Source of the DNA: Shigella phage JK36
DNA: 64,000 nt
Reading direction: 5' to 3' (one strand)
Sequence record: MK962754.1
The first letter of the stretch is position 1; every line of letters begins with the position of its first letter. Made by a program: the position numbers and the translations under genes. The notes beneath the pieces were generated by a model. It saw nothing but the letters and a program-made list of their open reading frames with translations. It was not told the origin of the DNA and searched no databases. This document shows, piece by piece, positions 21,891-32,647 of this stretch.

Positions 21891-22115
21891 TTATACCACT
21901 CGCATGCACATATCGATACCCATATCTTTTGTATAAAAATACTCGTCGATGTACCCAGCAAACTTCCCTTTAATATAAAGGACGTCTTCGCCACAAGGGT
22001 GGTCTGCCAGGATACGAATATCCTGACGACGTAGACGATACTTTTCCATTAAGAATTTAATTTCAGTTTCAAATTCTTCGTCATTATTAAAGGCATCTTC
22101 AATTGAATAACGCAT
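21891..22115 (-). CDS. hypothetical protein (74 aa), uvsY-adjacent
   Basis: ORF whose start overlaps the uvsY stop; T4 has small uvsY.-1/-2 ORFs at this position. Confidence 0.65.
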   Translation of the reverse strand: MRYSIEDAFNNDEEFETEIKFLMEKYRLRRQDIRILADHPCGEDVLYIKGKFAGYIDEYFYTKDMGIDMCMRVV

Positions 22116-22528
22116 TATTGCCCCGCTTCAAATTCTCGCATATCCTGGATATGTTTAAGTGCAAAACTACGAGACTTAACTGCGTCAAGTGCACCACTAC
22201 AGAACTCAAGTAAAATTCCCCAGTATTGTAAAGTAGTCTCTATTTTAAGCACATCTTTATCTGCAGCCAGGACAGTTTTCATTTCAGATTTCTCGTATCG
22301 GTCCATACTGAATTCATCACCGTCACCTCGTCCCGAGTAGTAGTCTAATCTTGCTTTTAGAGCAGTTTTCTTCTGAGTCTCTATACGCAACATTTCTTTA
22401 CGAATAAATGAGTGCTTACGTAGCCATTTGCTGTATAACTTAACATTATTCGCCGTCTCATATTGCAACTTTGTCGTATCAATAGCTAAGTCTGCGTCTA
22501 ACTCTTCCTGTAAATCTTCCAGCTTCAT
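22115..22528 (-). CDS. uvsY: recombination mediator UvsY
   Basis: 137-aa ORF, same length as T4 UvsY, with similar LQYE...YYSGRGDGDEFSMDRYEKSEMKTVL core. Confidence 0.9.
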   Translation of the reverse strand: MKLEDLQEELDADLAIDTTKLQYETANNVKLYSKWLRKHSFIRKEMLRIETQKKTALKARLDYYSGRGDGDEFSMDRYEKSEMKTVLAADKDVLKIETTLQYWGILLEFCSGALDAVKSRSFALKHIQDMREFEAGQ

Positions 22529-22607
22529 AATATTCTCTCTTTAACTAATAATCTCCCGGCTGTATCGGAAGGACCTAAAACCATTATACATAGGTTGCCT
22601 TGAAGCA

Positions 22608-23006
22608 TTACACTCTATTGCTTGACGCTAACTGAAGTTTAATTTGTTCAATATCGTCAGGGTTGTCTACGACCGAAAATCTAATCTCTACTATAACCGT
22701 ATAGTCATCATATACTGGCGTTACACTTACAGAAAGTTTGTCGATGCGTGGCTCATAGTTACGAACAGCTGCCTGGATATTACGCTCAATCGTATCGGCT
22801 GTAAGTGGTGTCATGTTCTCGAAAAGTTCATCGACCAAATCACATCCAAATTCAGGGTCGAAGGGGCGTGAGCCTTTTCTAGTTGTCACTATACCAAGAA
22901 GACTATTTTTAATAGAACGAAGTCCTACAGAACGAGCAACGTCCTTGTTCCAATCCATACGCATTTCTGGATCGATATCTGAATAAAGTTTATTGATATT
23001 AGACAT
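22608..23006 (-). CDS. 25: baseplate wedge protein gp25
   Basis: 132-aa ORF; T4 order 26-25. Confidence 0.85.
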   Translation of the reverse strand: MSNINKLYSDIDPEMRMDWNKDVARSVGLRSIKNSLLGIVTTRKGSRPFDPEFGCDLVDELFENMTPLTADTIERNIQAAVRNYEPRIDKLSVSVTPVYDDYTVIVEIRFSVVDNPDDIEQIKLQLASSNRV

Positions 23007-23632
23007 TATAGTAACTCAAAGAATTCTTTGAGGCCTCGTATTGTGTGAACGTGTGACGCCCCACATTTGGGACATTTAATAGGGGTTGCCAGATAAATTG
23101 ACGGCGATACTAAAAGATTTTTAATATTGATCATGTCATCTTCTGTTATAAGGCCGTAAAGGTCGTTTATTTCTGCTTCAGTTAAATCTTCAACAGGGAT
23201 GGACTCTCCATTGACAAAAACGGCCTCAATACATGAAGCAATCATTAATGCGATATTTTTATCGTCAAATAATTTAGGTTGACGGAACTTAATTTTAATA
23301 CCGCTGAACGAATACCAGGGATCGGCCTGTTCATCTAATTGAGTGTGCAATAAATTCATATAGACTTGAAATGAATGCCCACAGGAACAATTCCAGGTGT
23401 GTTCTTGATTCACTTCACCTAATGAATGGGCCCACAGATTTACCAACAATAACTCGGCTTCTTGTTTAGTCAAGTTTTTAGCATTAGAGCAATTAGTGAT
23501 AATATTGTTCACTGCGGATTCAATAGTACCGGTAGCCCGCGCACCTATGAGTCCTAAATATTCTTTTAAAGTAAAGGCTCTACAATTCACTTCTTTATCG
23601 CCTAAACGTACTGTAAACGTATATTTGTACAT
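23006..23632 (-). CDS. 26: baseplate hub protein gp26
   Basis: 208-aa ORF divergent from gene 51; T4 synteny. Confidence 0.8.
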   Translation of the reverse strand: MYKYTFTVRLGDKEVNCRAFTLKEYLGLIGARATGTIESAVNNIITNCSNAKNLTKQEAELLLVNLWAHSLGEVNQEHTWNCSCGHSFQVYMNLLHTQLDEQADPWYSFSGIKIKFRQPKLFDDKNIALMIASCIEAVFVNGESIPVEDLTEAEINDLYGLITEDDMINIKNLLVSPSIYLATPIKCPKCGASHVHTIRGLKEFFELL

Positions 23633-23650
23633 GTTAACTCCTTTATTGTG

Positions 23651-23658
23651 TATTTATA
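23651..23658 (-). promoter_or_regulatory. late promoter box (TATAAATA on minus strand) for gene 26
   Basis: Plus-strand TATTTATA is the reverse complement of TATAAATA, about 19 nt upstream of the gene 26 start. Confidence 0.55.
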
Positions 23659-23662
23659 AATA
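23655..23662 (+). promoter_or_regulatory. late promoter box TATAAATA for gene 51, overlapping the divergent gene 26 box
   Basis: Plus-strand TATAAATA 18 nt upstream of the gene 51 ATG; overlaps the minus-strand box by 4 nt. Confidence 0.55.
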
Positions 23663-23679
23663 ATAGAAAAGGAGTAATT

Positions 23680-24432
23680 ATGGCTAATATAATTCGTTGT
23701 AAATTACCGGATGGTGTTCATCGTTTCAAGCCGTTCACCGTAGCGGATTATAGAGACTTTTTACTAGTTAGAAATGATATCGAACATCGTTCGCCACAAG
23801 AACAAAAAGAAATAATTGCCGATCTGATTGATGATTATTTTGGCGAGTATCCTAAAACATGGCAACCATTTATATTCCTGCAAGTTTTTGCAGGCTCTAT
23901 AGGCAAAACAAAAGTTCCCGTTATTTTCACTTGCCCTAAATGCTCTAAAGAAAAAACTGCACCATTTGAGATATATCAAAAAGAACTAGTCGAACCTGAA
24001 CTTGATGTTGCTGGTATAAAAATACGTTTTTCTTTCCCTGAAAAGTTTTATGACAACAAGGCATTAATGATAAGTGAAAACATAAAAGAAATATATTATA
24101 ATGACGAATGGTACCCATGGAATGATTTGACTGAAGAGAACCAAATCCAAGTAATAGAAGCAATAGACATTGACTCGCTCGAGAAGGTTATTGCTTCTAT
24201 GAACCCTATTAATTTGACCCTTAGATTAGGTTGTTGTGAACGACATGTTAAAACATATACTGATATCTTAGAGGTTTTTAAATTGTTAGTTAACCCTGAT
24301 GAGATTTTTACATTCTATCAGATAAACCATTCACTAGTAAAGAGTCAATACACATTGGATTCTATTATGCAAATGATTCCTGTTGAACGTGGTATTGCTT
24401 TAACATTAGTAGAAAAGGACCATAAAAAATGA
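23680..24432 (+). CDS. 51: baseplate hub assembly protein gp51
   Basis: 250-aa ORF; T4 order 51-27-28-29. Confidence 0.8.
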   Translation: MANIIRCKLPDGVHRFKPFTVADYRDFLLVRNDIEHRSPQEQKEIIADLIDDYFGEYPKTWQPFIFLQVFAGSIGKTKVPVIFTCPKCSKEKTAPFEIYQKELVEPELDVAGIKIRFSFPEKFYDNKALMISENIKEIYYNDEWYPWNDLTEENQIQVIEAIDIDSLEKVIASMNPINLTLRLGCCERHVKTYTDILEVFKLLVNPDEIFTFYQINHSLVKSQYTLDSIMQMIPVERGIALTLVEKDHKK

Positions 24433-25601
24433 AAGTATTCCAACGTCCAGGATATCCTAACTTAAGCGTTAAATTATACCAAGATTATTCGGCTTGGCAA
24501 GAAAATAGATACGTTGAACTCGCGGCAACAATAACAACTTTAACCATGCGAGATTCGCTATATGGAAGAAATGAAGGGATTCTTCAATTTTATGACACTA
24601 AAAACATCCACACTAAAATGGACGGTAGACAGATAGTTCAAATCTCTGTTTCAAATTCAAACACACCTCTCCAAGTTAGAACTCGAATTTATGGATGTAG
24701 ACATTATTCTGTGTCTGTGGACTCAAAAGGTGACAATATTATTGCAATTGAGCTTGGAACAATACATTCTATAGAGAACCTTAAATTTGGGCGTCCATTC
24801 TTCCCGGACGCAGGCGAATCTATACGTGAAATGTTAGGTGTCATATACAAAGACCGTGCGTTAATTACTCCGCCAATAAACACTATTAATGCTTATGTTC
24901 CTGATATCCCTTGGACAAGCACATTTGATGATTATTTGGCATATGTCAGAGAATTAGGACTTGCTACAGCGAGTGATAAGTTCGTATTCGTATGGCAAGA
25001 TATTTTAGGCGTAAACATGATTGACTACGATACTCTTATTGGTCAGGAAGGCATTAAGATGATTGTAGGTGAGCCAAATACTGTAGGTCAGTATATTCAA
25101 GAGCTTGAGTATCCATTAGTATGGGATTTCACCTGGATGACTAAAGCTAACCAATTTACAAGAGACCCTATTAAAAACGCCACGATATTCGCTCATTCAT
25201 TTTTAGATACATCTATTCCGGTTATTGTTACAGGCGATGGTGATAATGCTATTCTTGTGTCAAGATCCGGTGGATATTCCGAAATGACCTATCGTAATGG
25301 ATTTGAAGAAGCAAGTCGTCTTCAGACAATGGCTCAATATGACGGATATGCTAAATGCACTACTACAGGCAATTTTAACATAACGCCTGCTACTAAAATT
25401 ATATTTGTTGACCAAAAGAACCAATTCAAATCCGAATTTTACGTAGATGAAGTTATTCATGAGTTATCAAATAACAACTCACAAACTCATCTGTACATGT
25501 TTACCAACTCAATGGTGTTAGAACCTGTTAACCCAGTTAAGGTTAAAAATGAACTTAAATCTGATTCTACCTCTAAAGAAAATAATTCTACCACAGTCTA
25601 A
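24429..25601 (+). CDS. 27: baseplate hub protein gp27
   Basis: 390-aa ORF overlapping the gp51 stop. Confidence 0.88.
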   Translation: MKVFQRPGYPNLSVKLYQDYSAWQENRYVELAATITTLTMRDSLYGRNEGILQFYDTKNIHTKMDGRQIVQISVSNSNTPLQVRTRIYGCRHYSVSVDSKGDNIIAIELGTIHSIENLKFGRPFFPDAGESIREMLGVIYKDRALITPPINTINAYVPDIPWTSTFDDYLAYVRELGLATASDKFVFVWQDILGVNMIDYDTLIGQEGIKMIVGEPNTVGQYIQELEYPLVWDFTWMTKANQFTRDPIKNATIFAHSFLDTSIPVIVTGDGDNAILVSRSGGYSEMTYRNGFEEASRLQTMAQYDGYAKCTTTGNFNITPATKIIFVDQKNQFKSEFYVDEVIHELSNNNSQTHLYMFTNSMVLEPVNPVKVKNELKSDSTSKENNSTTV

Positions 25602-26082
25602 TAAAAAGGTAATGATTCCCAAATTAGGGCTCAAACATTATAATCTTTTAAAGGACGTTAAAGGCCCTGATGAAAACATGAAAATCTTAGCTGATTCTAT
25701 TTGTAAAAATATGAGTCCCGCAGATTTTGATTTTGCATGTCTACACATATTGGAATTTAATAACAAACTTAAGTCTGAAGTTGAAAAAGATGGATTCACT
25801 TATAAACTAGATGACGTCTATGTATGCCAACGAACAGAATTCCAATTTCAAGGTAATACTTTTTATTTTAGACCCCCAGGCAAATTTGAACAATTCGCTA
25901 CAATCAGTGAAATGCTATCAAATTGCTTAATAAAAGTTAATGACGAAGAGAAAGAAATTTCTTTCCTTGAGATGCCTGCTTTTGTAATCAAATGGGCAGA
26001 AGACCTTTCGACAACTATTGCTATTCCAGGCCCTAATGGTCCTATTAAGGGTATAGCAGAAATTATTGGATTGCTTGAATGA
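25549..26082 (+). CDS. 28: baseplate hub distal protein gp28
   Basis: 177-aa ORF; start overlaps gp27 3' end; AAGG 7 nt upstream. Confidence 0.75.
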   Translation: MNLNLILPLKKIILPQSNKKVMIPKLGLKHYNLLKDVKGPDENMKILADSICKNMSPADFDFACLHILEFNNKLKSEVEKDGFTYKLDDVYVCQRTEFQFQGNTFYFRPPGKFEQFATISEMLSNCLIKVNDEEKEISFLEMPAFVIKWAEDLSTTIAIPGPNGPIKGIAEIIGLLE

Positions 26083-27851
26083 AACCTGAAGAAATGAAAT
26101 CCATGCGTAGAAATAAGGTCATTGCCGATAATAAACCACAAAAAGTAGCTGCTGATGCAGCTACCGATTCATTAGAAGCATTGAATAACATTTCATCAAA
26201 ACTAGACGATGTCCAAGCCGCGTCTGAACTCACATCACAAAGTGTAGAAGATAAAGGCAATGGAATTATTGAATCAATTGGAGACTTAAAGAATTCGACA
26301 GATAATACTGCTGAAGGCACAGAGCTTATCGCAGAAGTTATTGAAAAACAAACTGAAGTCACTAAAGGTATAAACGAAGTTTCTAGTGCAATAAGCTCTA
26401 AGTTAGACCGATTAGCTACATTATTAGAGCAAAAATTACAAACATCTACCGCTATTCAAAATACAGGAGGCACCTCTCTTGAAGTAATTGAGAACGCAAT
26501 ACCTGTTAAAGTGGTTGAGAATGAAACTTCTGATGAGTTGTTTAAAGCATTCCCTACACCTGAAAAGATTGATAATAAGCCAGACGAAGATTTCTTCCCA
26601 GCACCGGTTCAAGAAAGTGCTAATTCTACTTCCGATTCTAAAGGCGGAATTAGCTTTAAATTGAGCGATAAAATTGCAATGCTCACCAAAACAGTTCAAA
26701 CCGGGTTTAATAAATCAATATCAATTTCAGACAGAATTGCTGGAATGCTTTTCAAATACACTATAACGGCTGCTATTGAAGCAGCAAAAATGGCCGCACT
26801 TATTCTTGGTATTGTTATCGGTATTGATTTATTGATAGTCCATTTCAAATATTGGACAGACAAGTTCACTTCTGCCTGGGATTTATTTGATGAAAACTTT
26901 ACTAAATTCTCCGATGAAGCTAAAGAGTGGGGTAAATTCTTAAGTGATATATTCACTTCTATTGACTCTATAAAACAATTGTGGGAAGCTGGAGACTGGG
27001 GTGGTTTAACCGTTGCTATTGTCAAAGGTGTAGGAACAGCATTAATGAACTTAGGTGAACTAATTCAATTAGGAATGGCTAAACTCTCCGCGTCTATATT
27101 GCGTGCTATAGGTTTTGGTGATACCGCGGACGAAATAGAAGGACGTGCTTTAGAAGGATTCCAAGAAACTACTGGGAACAAATTAAAGAAAGAAGACCAA
27201 GAGAAAGTCGCTAAATATCAAATGAAACGTGACGATGGGGAATTAGGAACCGTTTCTAAAGGTCTTGATATGTTACAACGCGGCAAAACATTCGTTACTA
27301 ACTGGGTTCGTGGTAATGACAATAAAGAAGAGTTTAGTACAAGCGATGAGCGTGCTGCGGAATCAGCAAAATTAAAAGAGTTACCTGAAGAGGAGCGTAA
27401 AGAGGCGTATATAAAAGCTAATGAAACTCGTGCGGCACTGGTTAGATTTGAGGATTATATCGATAAAATCGATATGACTAATCCGGAAAATGCTAAAAAC
27501 GTCGAGAAGTCTTATGCTGATTTAAGTAAACTTATTAAAGACCCTGAACTTAATAAAACTCCTGTTGTTAAAAAGGAACTAGATGCTAGATTTGAAAAGC
27601 TAAATAATAAAATGGCTGAAGCCAAAAAGGCTCAGACAACAGTTAAGCCTGAATCTTCGTCTAAATCTCCGGAAGCAAAACAAGTTCAGTCAATAGAGAA
27701 AGGACGTGCTTCTGAATCTAAACAACAGCAACCGGTAGCGGCGATTAGTAACACAAATAATGTCGTCAAAAAGAATACCGTAGTCCAGAATATGACCCCT
27801 GTAACAAGTACAACGGCTCCTGGAATTTTCCATGCCACCGGTGTTAATTAA
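26079..27851 (+). CDS. 29: baseplate hub / tail-length determinator gp29
   Basis: 590-aa ORF with internal hydrophobic segment; T4 position. Confidence 0.85.
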   Translation: MKPEEMKSMRRNKVIADNKPQKVAADAATDSLEALNNISSKLDDVQAASELTSQSVEDKGNGIIESIGDLKNSTDNTAEGTELIAEVIEKQTEVTKGINEVSSAISSKLDRLATLLEQKLQTSTAIQNTGGTSLEVIENAIPVKVVENETSDELFKAFPTPEKIDNKPDEDFFPAPVQESANSTSDSKGGISFKLSDKIAMLTKTVQTGFNKSISISDRIAGMLFKYTITAAIEAAKMAALILGIVIGIDLLIVHFKYWTDKFTSAWDLFDENFTKFSDEAKEWGKFLSDIFTSIDSIKQLWEAGDWGGLTVAIVKGVGTALMNLGELIQLGMAKLSASILRAIGFGDTADEIEGRALEGFQETTGNKLKKEDQEKVAKYQMKRDDGELGTVSKGLDMLQRGKTFVTNWVRGNDNKEEFSTSDERAAESAKLKELPEEERKEAYIKANETRAALVRFEDYIDKIDMTNPENAKNVEKSYADLSKLIKDPELNKTPVVKKELDARFEKLNNKMAEAKKAQTTVKPESSSKSPEAKQVQSIEKGRASESKQQQPVAAISNTNNVVKKNTVVQNMTPVTSTTAPGIFHATGVN

Positions 27852-27859
27852 GGATTATT

Positions 27860-28969
27860 ATGATTAGTGTAAAAGAAATAGTAGTAGATGCAAAGGATTT
27901 AAATAAAGCAATCCCAGTCTCAGAAAGTGCCGGGCAAAGCACTAAAACCGAAACAACCACTAAAACTTATGTTGCTCAATTTCCTACAGGAAGAGCAGCC
28001 GGAAATGACTCCACAGGAGACTTCCAGGTAACAGACCTTTATAAGAATGGATTATTATTTACCGCGTACAATATGTCTGCACGCGATTCAGGATCCCTCA
28101 GGAATTTACGTCCGGCGTATGCCGGGACTTCATCTAATGGTATCATATCAGATTTAACTGACAACGTGAAAGATGCAGTGACTAAATTCTCAAATGGCTT
28201 GCTTCCTGCCGGAGCTAATAAGTCTACTATAAACAAAACTCCTGTTGCTAATATACTTTTGCCACGTTCCAAATCTGATGTTGATACAACTTCACATCGT
28301 TTTAATGATATCGGTGATAGCCTTATTACTAAAGGTGGAGGTACTGCTACGGGTGTTTTAAGTAACATTGCTTCTACTGCAGTTTTTGGTGCATTAGATT
28401 CTATTACTCAAGGGCTTATGGCTGATAATAACGAACAGATTTATACGACTTCTCGTAGTATGTATGGTGGTGCTGAGAACCGTACTAAAGTCTTTACATG
28501 GGATTTAACTCCGCGTTCAACTGAAGACCTTATGGCTATTATAAACATTTACCAGTATTTTAACTATTTCTCATATGGTGAGACCGGTAAATCACAGTAC
28601 GCCCAAGAGATTAAAAGTTATTTAGACGAATGGTACCGTTCAACGTTTATTGAGCCTATGACGCCAGATGATGCAGTAAAAAATAAGACATTGTTTGAAA
28701 AGATTACTGCGTCATTAACAAATGTATTAGTTGTAAGCAACCCTACAATTTGGATGGTTAAAAACTTTGGTTATACGTCTAAATTTGATGGATTAACTGA
28801 CGTATTTGGTCCATGTCAAATTCAAAGCGTACGTTTTGATAAAACTCCAAATGGACAATTTAATGGTCTCGCTGTTGCTCCTAACTTACCATCAACATTT
28901 ACGTTAGAGATAACAATGCGAGAAATTATTACATTAAACCGTTCTTCACTTTATGCGGGGACTTTCTAA
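27860..28969 (+). CDS. 48: baseplate tail-tube junction protein gp48
   Basis: 369-aa ORF; T4 order 29-48-54. Confidence 0.85.
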   Translation: MISVKEIVVDAKDLNKAIPVSESAGQSTKTETTTKTYVAQFPTGRAAGNDSTGDFQVTDLYKNGLLFTAYNMSARDSGSLRNLRPAYAGTSSNGIISDLTDNVKDAVTKFSNGLLPAGANKSTINKTPVANILLPRSKSDVDTTSHRFNDIGDSLITKGGGTATGVLSNIASTAVFGALDSITQGLMADNNEQIYTTSRSMYGGAENRTKVFTWDLTPRSTEDLMAIINIYQYFNYFSYGETGKSQYAQEIKSYLDEWYRSTFIEPMTPDDAVKNKTLFEKITASLTNVLVVSNPTIWMVKNFGYTSKFDGLTDVFGPCQIQSVRFDKTPNGQFNGLAVAPNLPSTFTLEITMREIITLNRSSLYAGTF

Positions 28970-29931
28970 TGTACTCTTTAGAAGAATTTAATAACCAAGC
29001 TATAAATGCAGATTTCCAACGAAACAATATGTTTAGTTGTGTATTTGCTACTACACCATCGACTAAATCATCTTCACTAATTTCGTCAATTGGTAGTTTT
29101 GCTTATAATAACTTAGGGTTGGATTCCGATTGGCTAGGATTGTCTCAAGGTGATATCAATCAGGGCGTAACAACCCTGATTACAGCAGGAACACAGAAAT
29201 TAATTCGAAAATCAGGTATAAGTAAATACCTGATTGGAGCAATGAGTCAACGTACGGTACAAAGCTTGTTAGGTGAGTTCACAGTAGGAGCTTATCTGAT
29301 AGACTTCTTCAATATGGCATATAATAATACAGGTTTAATGATTTATTCTGTAAAAATGCCTGAGAACCGATTATCTTATGAAACGGATTTCAACTATAAC
29401 TCCCCGAACATCCGAATTACCGGCCGTGAAATGGACCCGTTAGTAATAAGCTTTAGAATGGATTCTGAAGCATCTAACTTTAGAGCAATGCAAGACTGGG
29501 TAAACTCGGTCCAAGACCCTGTAACAGGTCTTCGCGCTTTACCACAAGACGTCGAAGCAGATATTCAGGTTAATTTACACGCACGAAATGGTTTACCACA
29601 TACCGCTGTCATGTTCACAGGATGTATTCCTGTTAGTGTCTCTTCTCCTGAGTTAACGTATGATGGTGATAATCAGATAACAGTTTTTGATGTAACATTT
29701 GCTTATCGCGTTATGCAATCAGGTGCTGTAAATAGACAGGCTGCTTTAGAATGGCTGGAATCAGGACTTATTAGTAGTGTTTCAGGAATGTTTGGAAATA
29801 ATCAGAATGATTCTGGACTAGGAAGTGCAGTATCAAGACTTTCTAGATTAGGTGGGACTGCTGGTGGTGTGTCTAATATAAACACATTGACAGGTGTGGT
29901 GAATTCTGCGTCAAGAGTTTTAGGACTATAA
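28969..29931 (+). CDS. 54: baseplate tail-tube initiator gp54
   Basis: 320-aa ORF; start overlaps gp48 stop. Confidence 0.85.
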   Translation: MYSLEEFNNQAINADFQRNNMFSCVFATTPSTKSSSLISSIGSFAYNNLGLDSDWLGLSQGDINQGVTTLITAGTQKLIRKSGISKYLIGAMSQRTVQSLLGEFTVGAYLIDFFNMAYNNTGLMIYSVKMPENRLSYETDFNYNSPNIRITGREMDPLVISFRMDSEASNFRAMQDWVNSVQDPVTGLRALPQDVEADIQVNLHARNGLPHTAVMFTGCIPVSVSSPELTYDGDNQITVFDVTFAYRVMQSGAVNRQAALEWLESGLISSVSGMFGNNQNDSGLGSAVSRLSRLGGTAGGVSNINTLTGVVNSASRVLGL

Positions 29932-29937
29932 GAAAAA

Positions 29938-29954
29938 GGGAGACAACGTCTCCC
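29938..29954. terminator. hairpin GGGAGAC-AAC-GTCTCCC between convergent gene 54 (+) and a minus-strand ORF
   Basis: 7-bp stem, 3-nt loop, followed by TTT; sits between convergent transcription units. Confidence 0.55.
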
Positions 29955-29963
29955 TTTAGGGGT

Positions 29964-30257
29964 TTATTTACGGAATGAAAGGAATGCTGGTGCTCGGAAT
30001 GGAGTATCATCTTTAGAGTATTTAACTAATACGACCATTGGTACCTCTGTTTCTAAATGACCTGTCACCACACCGATAAAAATTTGATCAGTGTGCTCAG
30101 GGTCACGAAAGTTTTTAAGAGGTTCCATAGCAATATGGAATGCACCTGGGAATACTCGATTCAATTCGTCAATCACAGCTTCGTTAAAAACATCATCCGC
30201 TGGGATAGCATCTTCAACTACTAGTTCTTGACCATTAAAGCGAAGCATAGATTTCAT
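29964..30257 (-). CDS. hypothetical early protein (97 aa), upstream neighbour of alt
   Basis: ORF-track start 30296 reads through the promoter; ATG at 30257 has GAGGAAAA RBS; early-type promoter at 30287..30316. Confidence 0.6.
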   Translation of the reverse strand: MKSMLRFNGQELVVEDAIPADDVFNEAVIDELNRVFPGAFHIAMEPLKNFRDPEHTDQIFIGVVTGHLETEVPMVVLVKYSKDDTPFRAPAFLSFRK

Positions 30258-30286
30258 AACGTTTTCCTCATGTTGTTGATGGGATG

Positions 30287-30316
30287 ATAGTATCACACAT
30301 CCATGTGTTTGTAAAC
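30287..30316 (-). promoter_or_regulatory. early-type promoter (minus: TTTACA-N18-TACTAT)
   Basis: Reverse complement reads agTTTACAaacacatggatgtgtgaTACTAT. Confidence 0.5.
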
Positions 30317-32403
30317 TATCCTTGGATAAATTTAAACGGAACTGATTCTAAATCCATTAAAGATGCTAACAATTTCAAACCTTTAGGTGCACTAGTTTTT
30401 TCTACAAATGAGGCAAAAGATACCGGCTCATCTGATTCGATTTCACCCGTCATAGCAACTACCTCGCCTGTTTCCATGAGAACATCACCATCGTAAATGA
30501 CAGCTTCGTCCAACTGGTCCGAGGACATGACTTCAGCTTGAATAAATTTAAGGTTGGATTCTAAACCTGCACCAGTGTCAGATGACGCATCTGTAATTTT
30601 ATTTATCTGCAAGAGAATGCCTCTAGGCAAAATAATTTCTTGCTCATTAGGGTGATTACTCAACTGTCCGGGATAAATCACGTTAACTTTATGAGCGCCA
30701 TCAATAGCCCATCCAACATTAACACGAATTTGTTCTGGCGCATGCATAGCGGTACGTGCCAGGCTAGGAGAAATAGTAACACCTTCGTCATTATTGTCAA
30801 TGTTAAGCTCTTTGCGAACTTCTTCAGGAGCAAGTCCAAGGGCAACGTTCTCTTTAAACCCACCAAAAATAATAGGAGCTAATGAAGTAGAAACATAGTT
30901 TCTGAAGTAGAATACCTTATTTTTAACCATTGCTTCGTAAATAGGCATTCTGATAGACTGGGCTCTATACAACGTTAGTCCTTCAGGTAAACGGTCTCCA
31001 TTTAAAAACGCCGAATCAAGACCATCAATAGCGCGTTTAACTTCATCTTCATCTGCAACATCATAAAAATCCGGTTTATAACGGCCTAACAACATATTAT
31101 TGATATCGGTATACGCAGAAGAGGCATATTCGCGAATAGCTCGTTTTTCAGCAACAGAGTATTGTTTAGGGTCCCGATTCATTGTTATATTAAAGGTGCC
31201 TCTAGCCGATTCTCGTGCATAAGTATACATCACATTAGACAAGAACGCTGATTTACGTTGTTTCCAAGTTTTTTCAGATACTTCAGCTAAAACATCGTCG
31301 GCCAGTTGGAAATTATCACGTCTAAAATCTTCAAACCATTCGTCTTTAATTGAGTCCGCAATTTCGTTTGCAGCTTCAACAAAAGCAGCTAATGCTTTAA
31401 CAGATGTTGTTTTTTCAGTTTTAATTTTCTTAGCAAACTTTTCTAAAGTTGGCTTAATAACACTACCATAAGAAACTTCATCAGCAAATCTAAAGGATTC
31501 ATCAATACGATTATAAATCTTATTTTCGATATCAGCAACTAAAGTGCCTTTTGCTGTGGATGATGCTTGGGCTAGTACGATTTCATATGCTTCAGGAAGT
31601 AATTCGGCTGTAGCCGGGCCACTAACTTCTTTAGCAGAATTTTCGTATTTCTGGAATAACTCACCTTCTTGGCGGTCAGCTTCTAAAGATTGGCTTGCGG
31701 CAATAGCACGACGAGAAATTTTAGTACGAGCAATAACAGGCTTATCTTTACGTTTTTCTTCTACAGCAGCAATAGAACCAGCGATAGCCGTTTCTTTGGT
31801 GACTTTTTCGCCGGTCTTTTTACTCACATAAACTTCGCCAACATCAGAATCTACTTTCGTGTACAACTCTGTGTTAATGTTAGGGATGCCTTTAATATCT
31901 TCAATGTTGGCATTTTTACGAACCATCATCACATAGGTGTGTTTACCTGTGAATTGATACATTGCCGACAATACTTTAAAACGACCACCGGTTTTAGTAG
32001 AAACTAAACGAGCAAGAAGAGTTTGAAGCTGTTGTCCACGTCCTTTCAATTTCTTGGTAGGGAATCGGAACAGAACTGCATCCATACGAAGAGCTTTAAC
32101 TTGTTCATATACTGTATTGAAAATGGTGTTGATTGCATCAATAGGAGCAGGACCAAGGCCATTTTTCAATTCAGCGAGATTACCCTTTTCAGACAGACTC
32201 ATAATAACAACATGAGCGTATTTGTCGCCAAGTTTAACTTGTTTTACAGCGTCGCCTTCGGAAAGGTAAGAGAATAAACGAACTACAATATTTGTATCGA
32301 TATCACCAATTTTCCAGACTTGTGGAACTTTAGCTTTAGGGTTCAAATTGACGACAGGAAGACTGCCTTCAGATTCAAACACTTCATTTAATTGTTCAGA
32401 CAT
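30316..32403 (-). CDS. alt: Alt ADP-ribosyltransferase (virion-injected, modifies host RNA polymerase)
   Basis: 695-aa ORF at the T4 alt position next to DNA ligase; C-terminal region with R...STS...E-type ART signature (YVSTSLAP). Confidence 0.85.
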   Translation of the reverse strand: MSEQLNEVFESEGSLPVVNLNPKAKVPQVWKIGDIDTNIVVRLFSYLSEGDAVKQVKLGDKYAHVVIMSLSEKGNLAELKNGLGPAPIDAINTIFNTVYEQVKALRMDAVLFRFPTKKLKGRGQQLQTLLARLVSTKTGGRFKVLSAMYQFTGKHTYVMMVRKNANIEDIKGIPNINTELYTKVDSDVGEVYVSKKTGEKVTKETAIAGSIAAVEEKRKDKPVIARTKISRRAIAASQSLEADRQEGELFQKYENSAKEVSGPATAELLPEAYEIVLAQASSTAKGTLVADIENKIYNRIDESFRFADEVSYGSVIKPTLEKFAKKIKTEKTTSVKALAAFVEAANEIADSIKDEWFEDFRRDNFQLADDVLAEVSEKTWKQRKSAFLSNVMYTYARESARGTFNITMNRDPKQYSVAEKRAIREYASSAYTDINNMLLGRYKPDFYDVADEDEVKRAIDGLDSAFLNGDRLPEGLTLYRAQSIRMPIYEAMVKNKVFYFRNYVSTSLAPIIFGGFKENVALGLAPEEVRKELNIDNNDEGVTISPSLARTAMHAPEQIRVNVGWAIDGAHKVNVIYPGQLSNHPNEQEIILPRGILLQINKITDASSDTGAGLESNLKFIQAEVMSSDQLDEAVIYDGDVLMETGEVVAMTGEIESDEPVSFASFVEKTSAPKGLKLLASLMDLESVPFKFIQG

Positions 32404-32443
32404 AGTGTTTTCCTTTTAGTAATAATTTATATTTATGCCAAAA

Positions 32444-32459
32444 AGAGCCCGAAGGCTCT
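32444..32459 (-). terminator. hairpin AGAGCC-CGAA-GGCTCT with T-run on minus strand
   Basis: Reverse complement gives stem-loop followed by TTTTT, just downstream of the 62-aa ORF. Confidence 0.6.
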
Positions 32460-32647
32460 TAATCCACAATCGGAAGCAAAGTACGATAAACTTCAAAATT
32501 AGAGCCTTTTTCGTACTTATCGAAATTGTCCATAAAAATATGATAGGAATCGTTATTAGGAAAATCTAATATAATCTGAGAGCAAGAGGTGGAAACATCT
32601 CCACCATCCTTCTTAGCTACAATAACTGTTTCTAAATAAGCTTTCAT
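32459..32647 (-). CDS. hypothetical small protein (62 aa), translationally coupled to DNA ligase
   Basis: ATG at 32647 overlaps the ligase stop (TAATG); ORF-track start 32668 lies inside ligase. Confidence 0.55.
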   Translation of the reverse strand: MKAYLETVIVAKKDGGDVSTSCSQIILDFPNNDSYHIFMDNFDKYEKGSNFEVYRTLLPIVD

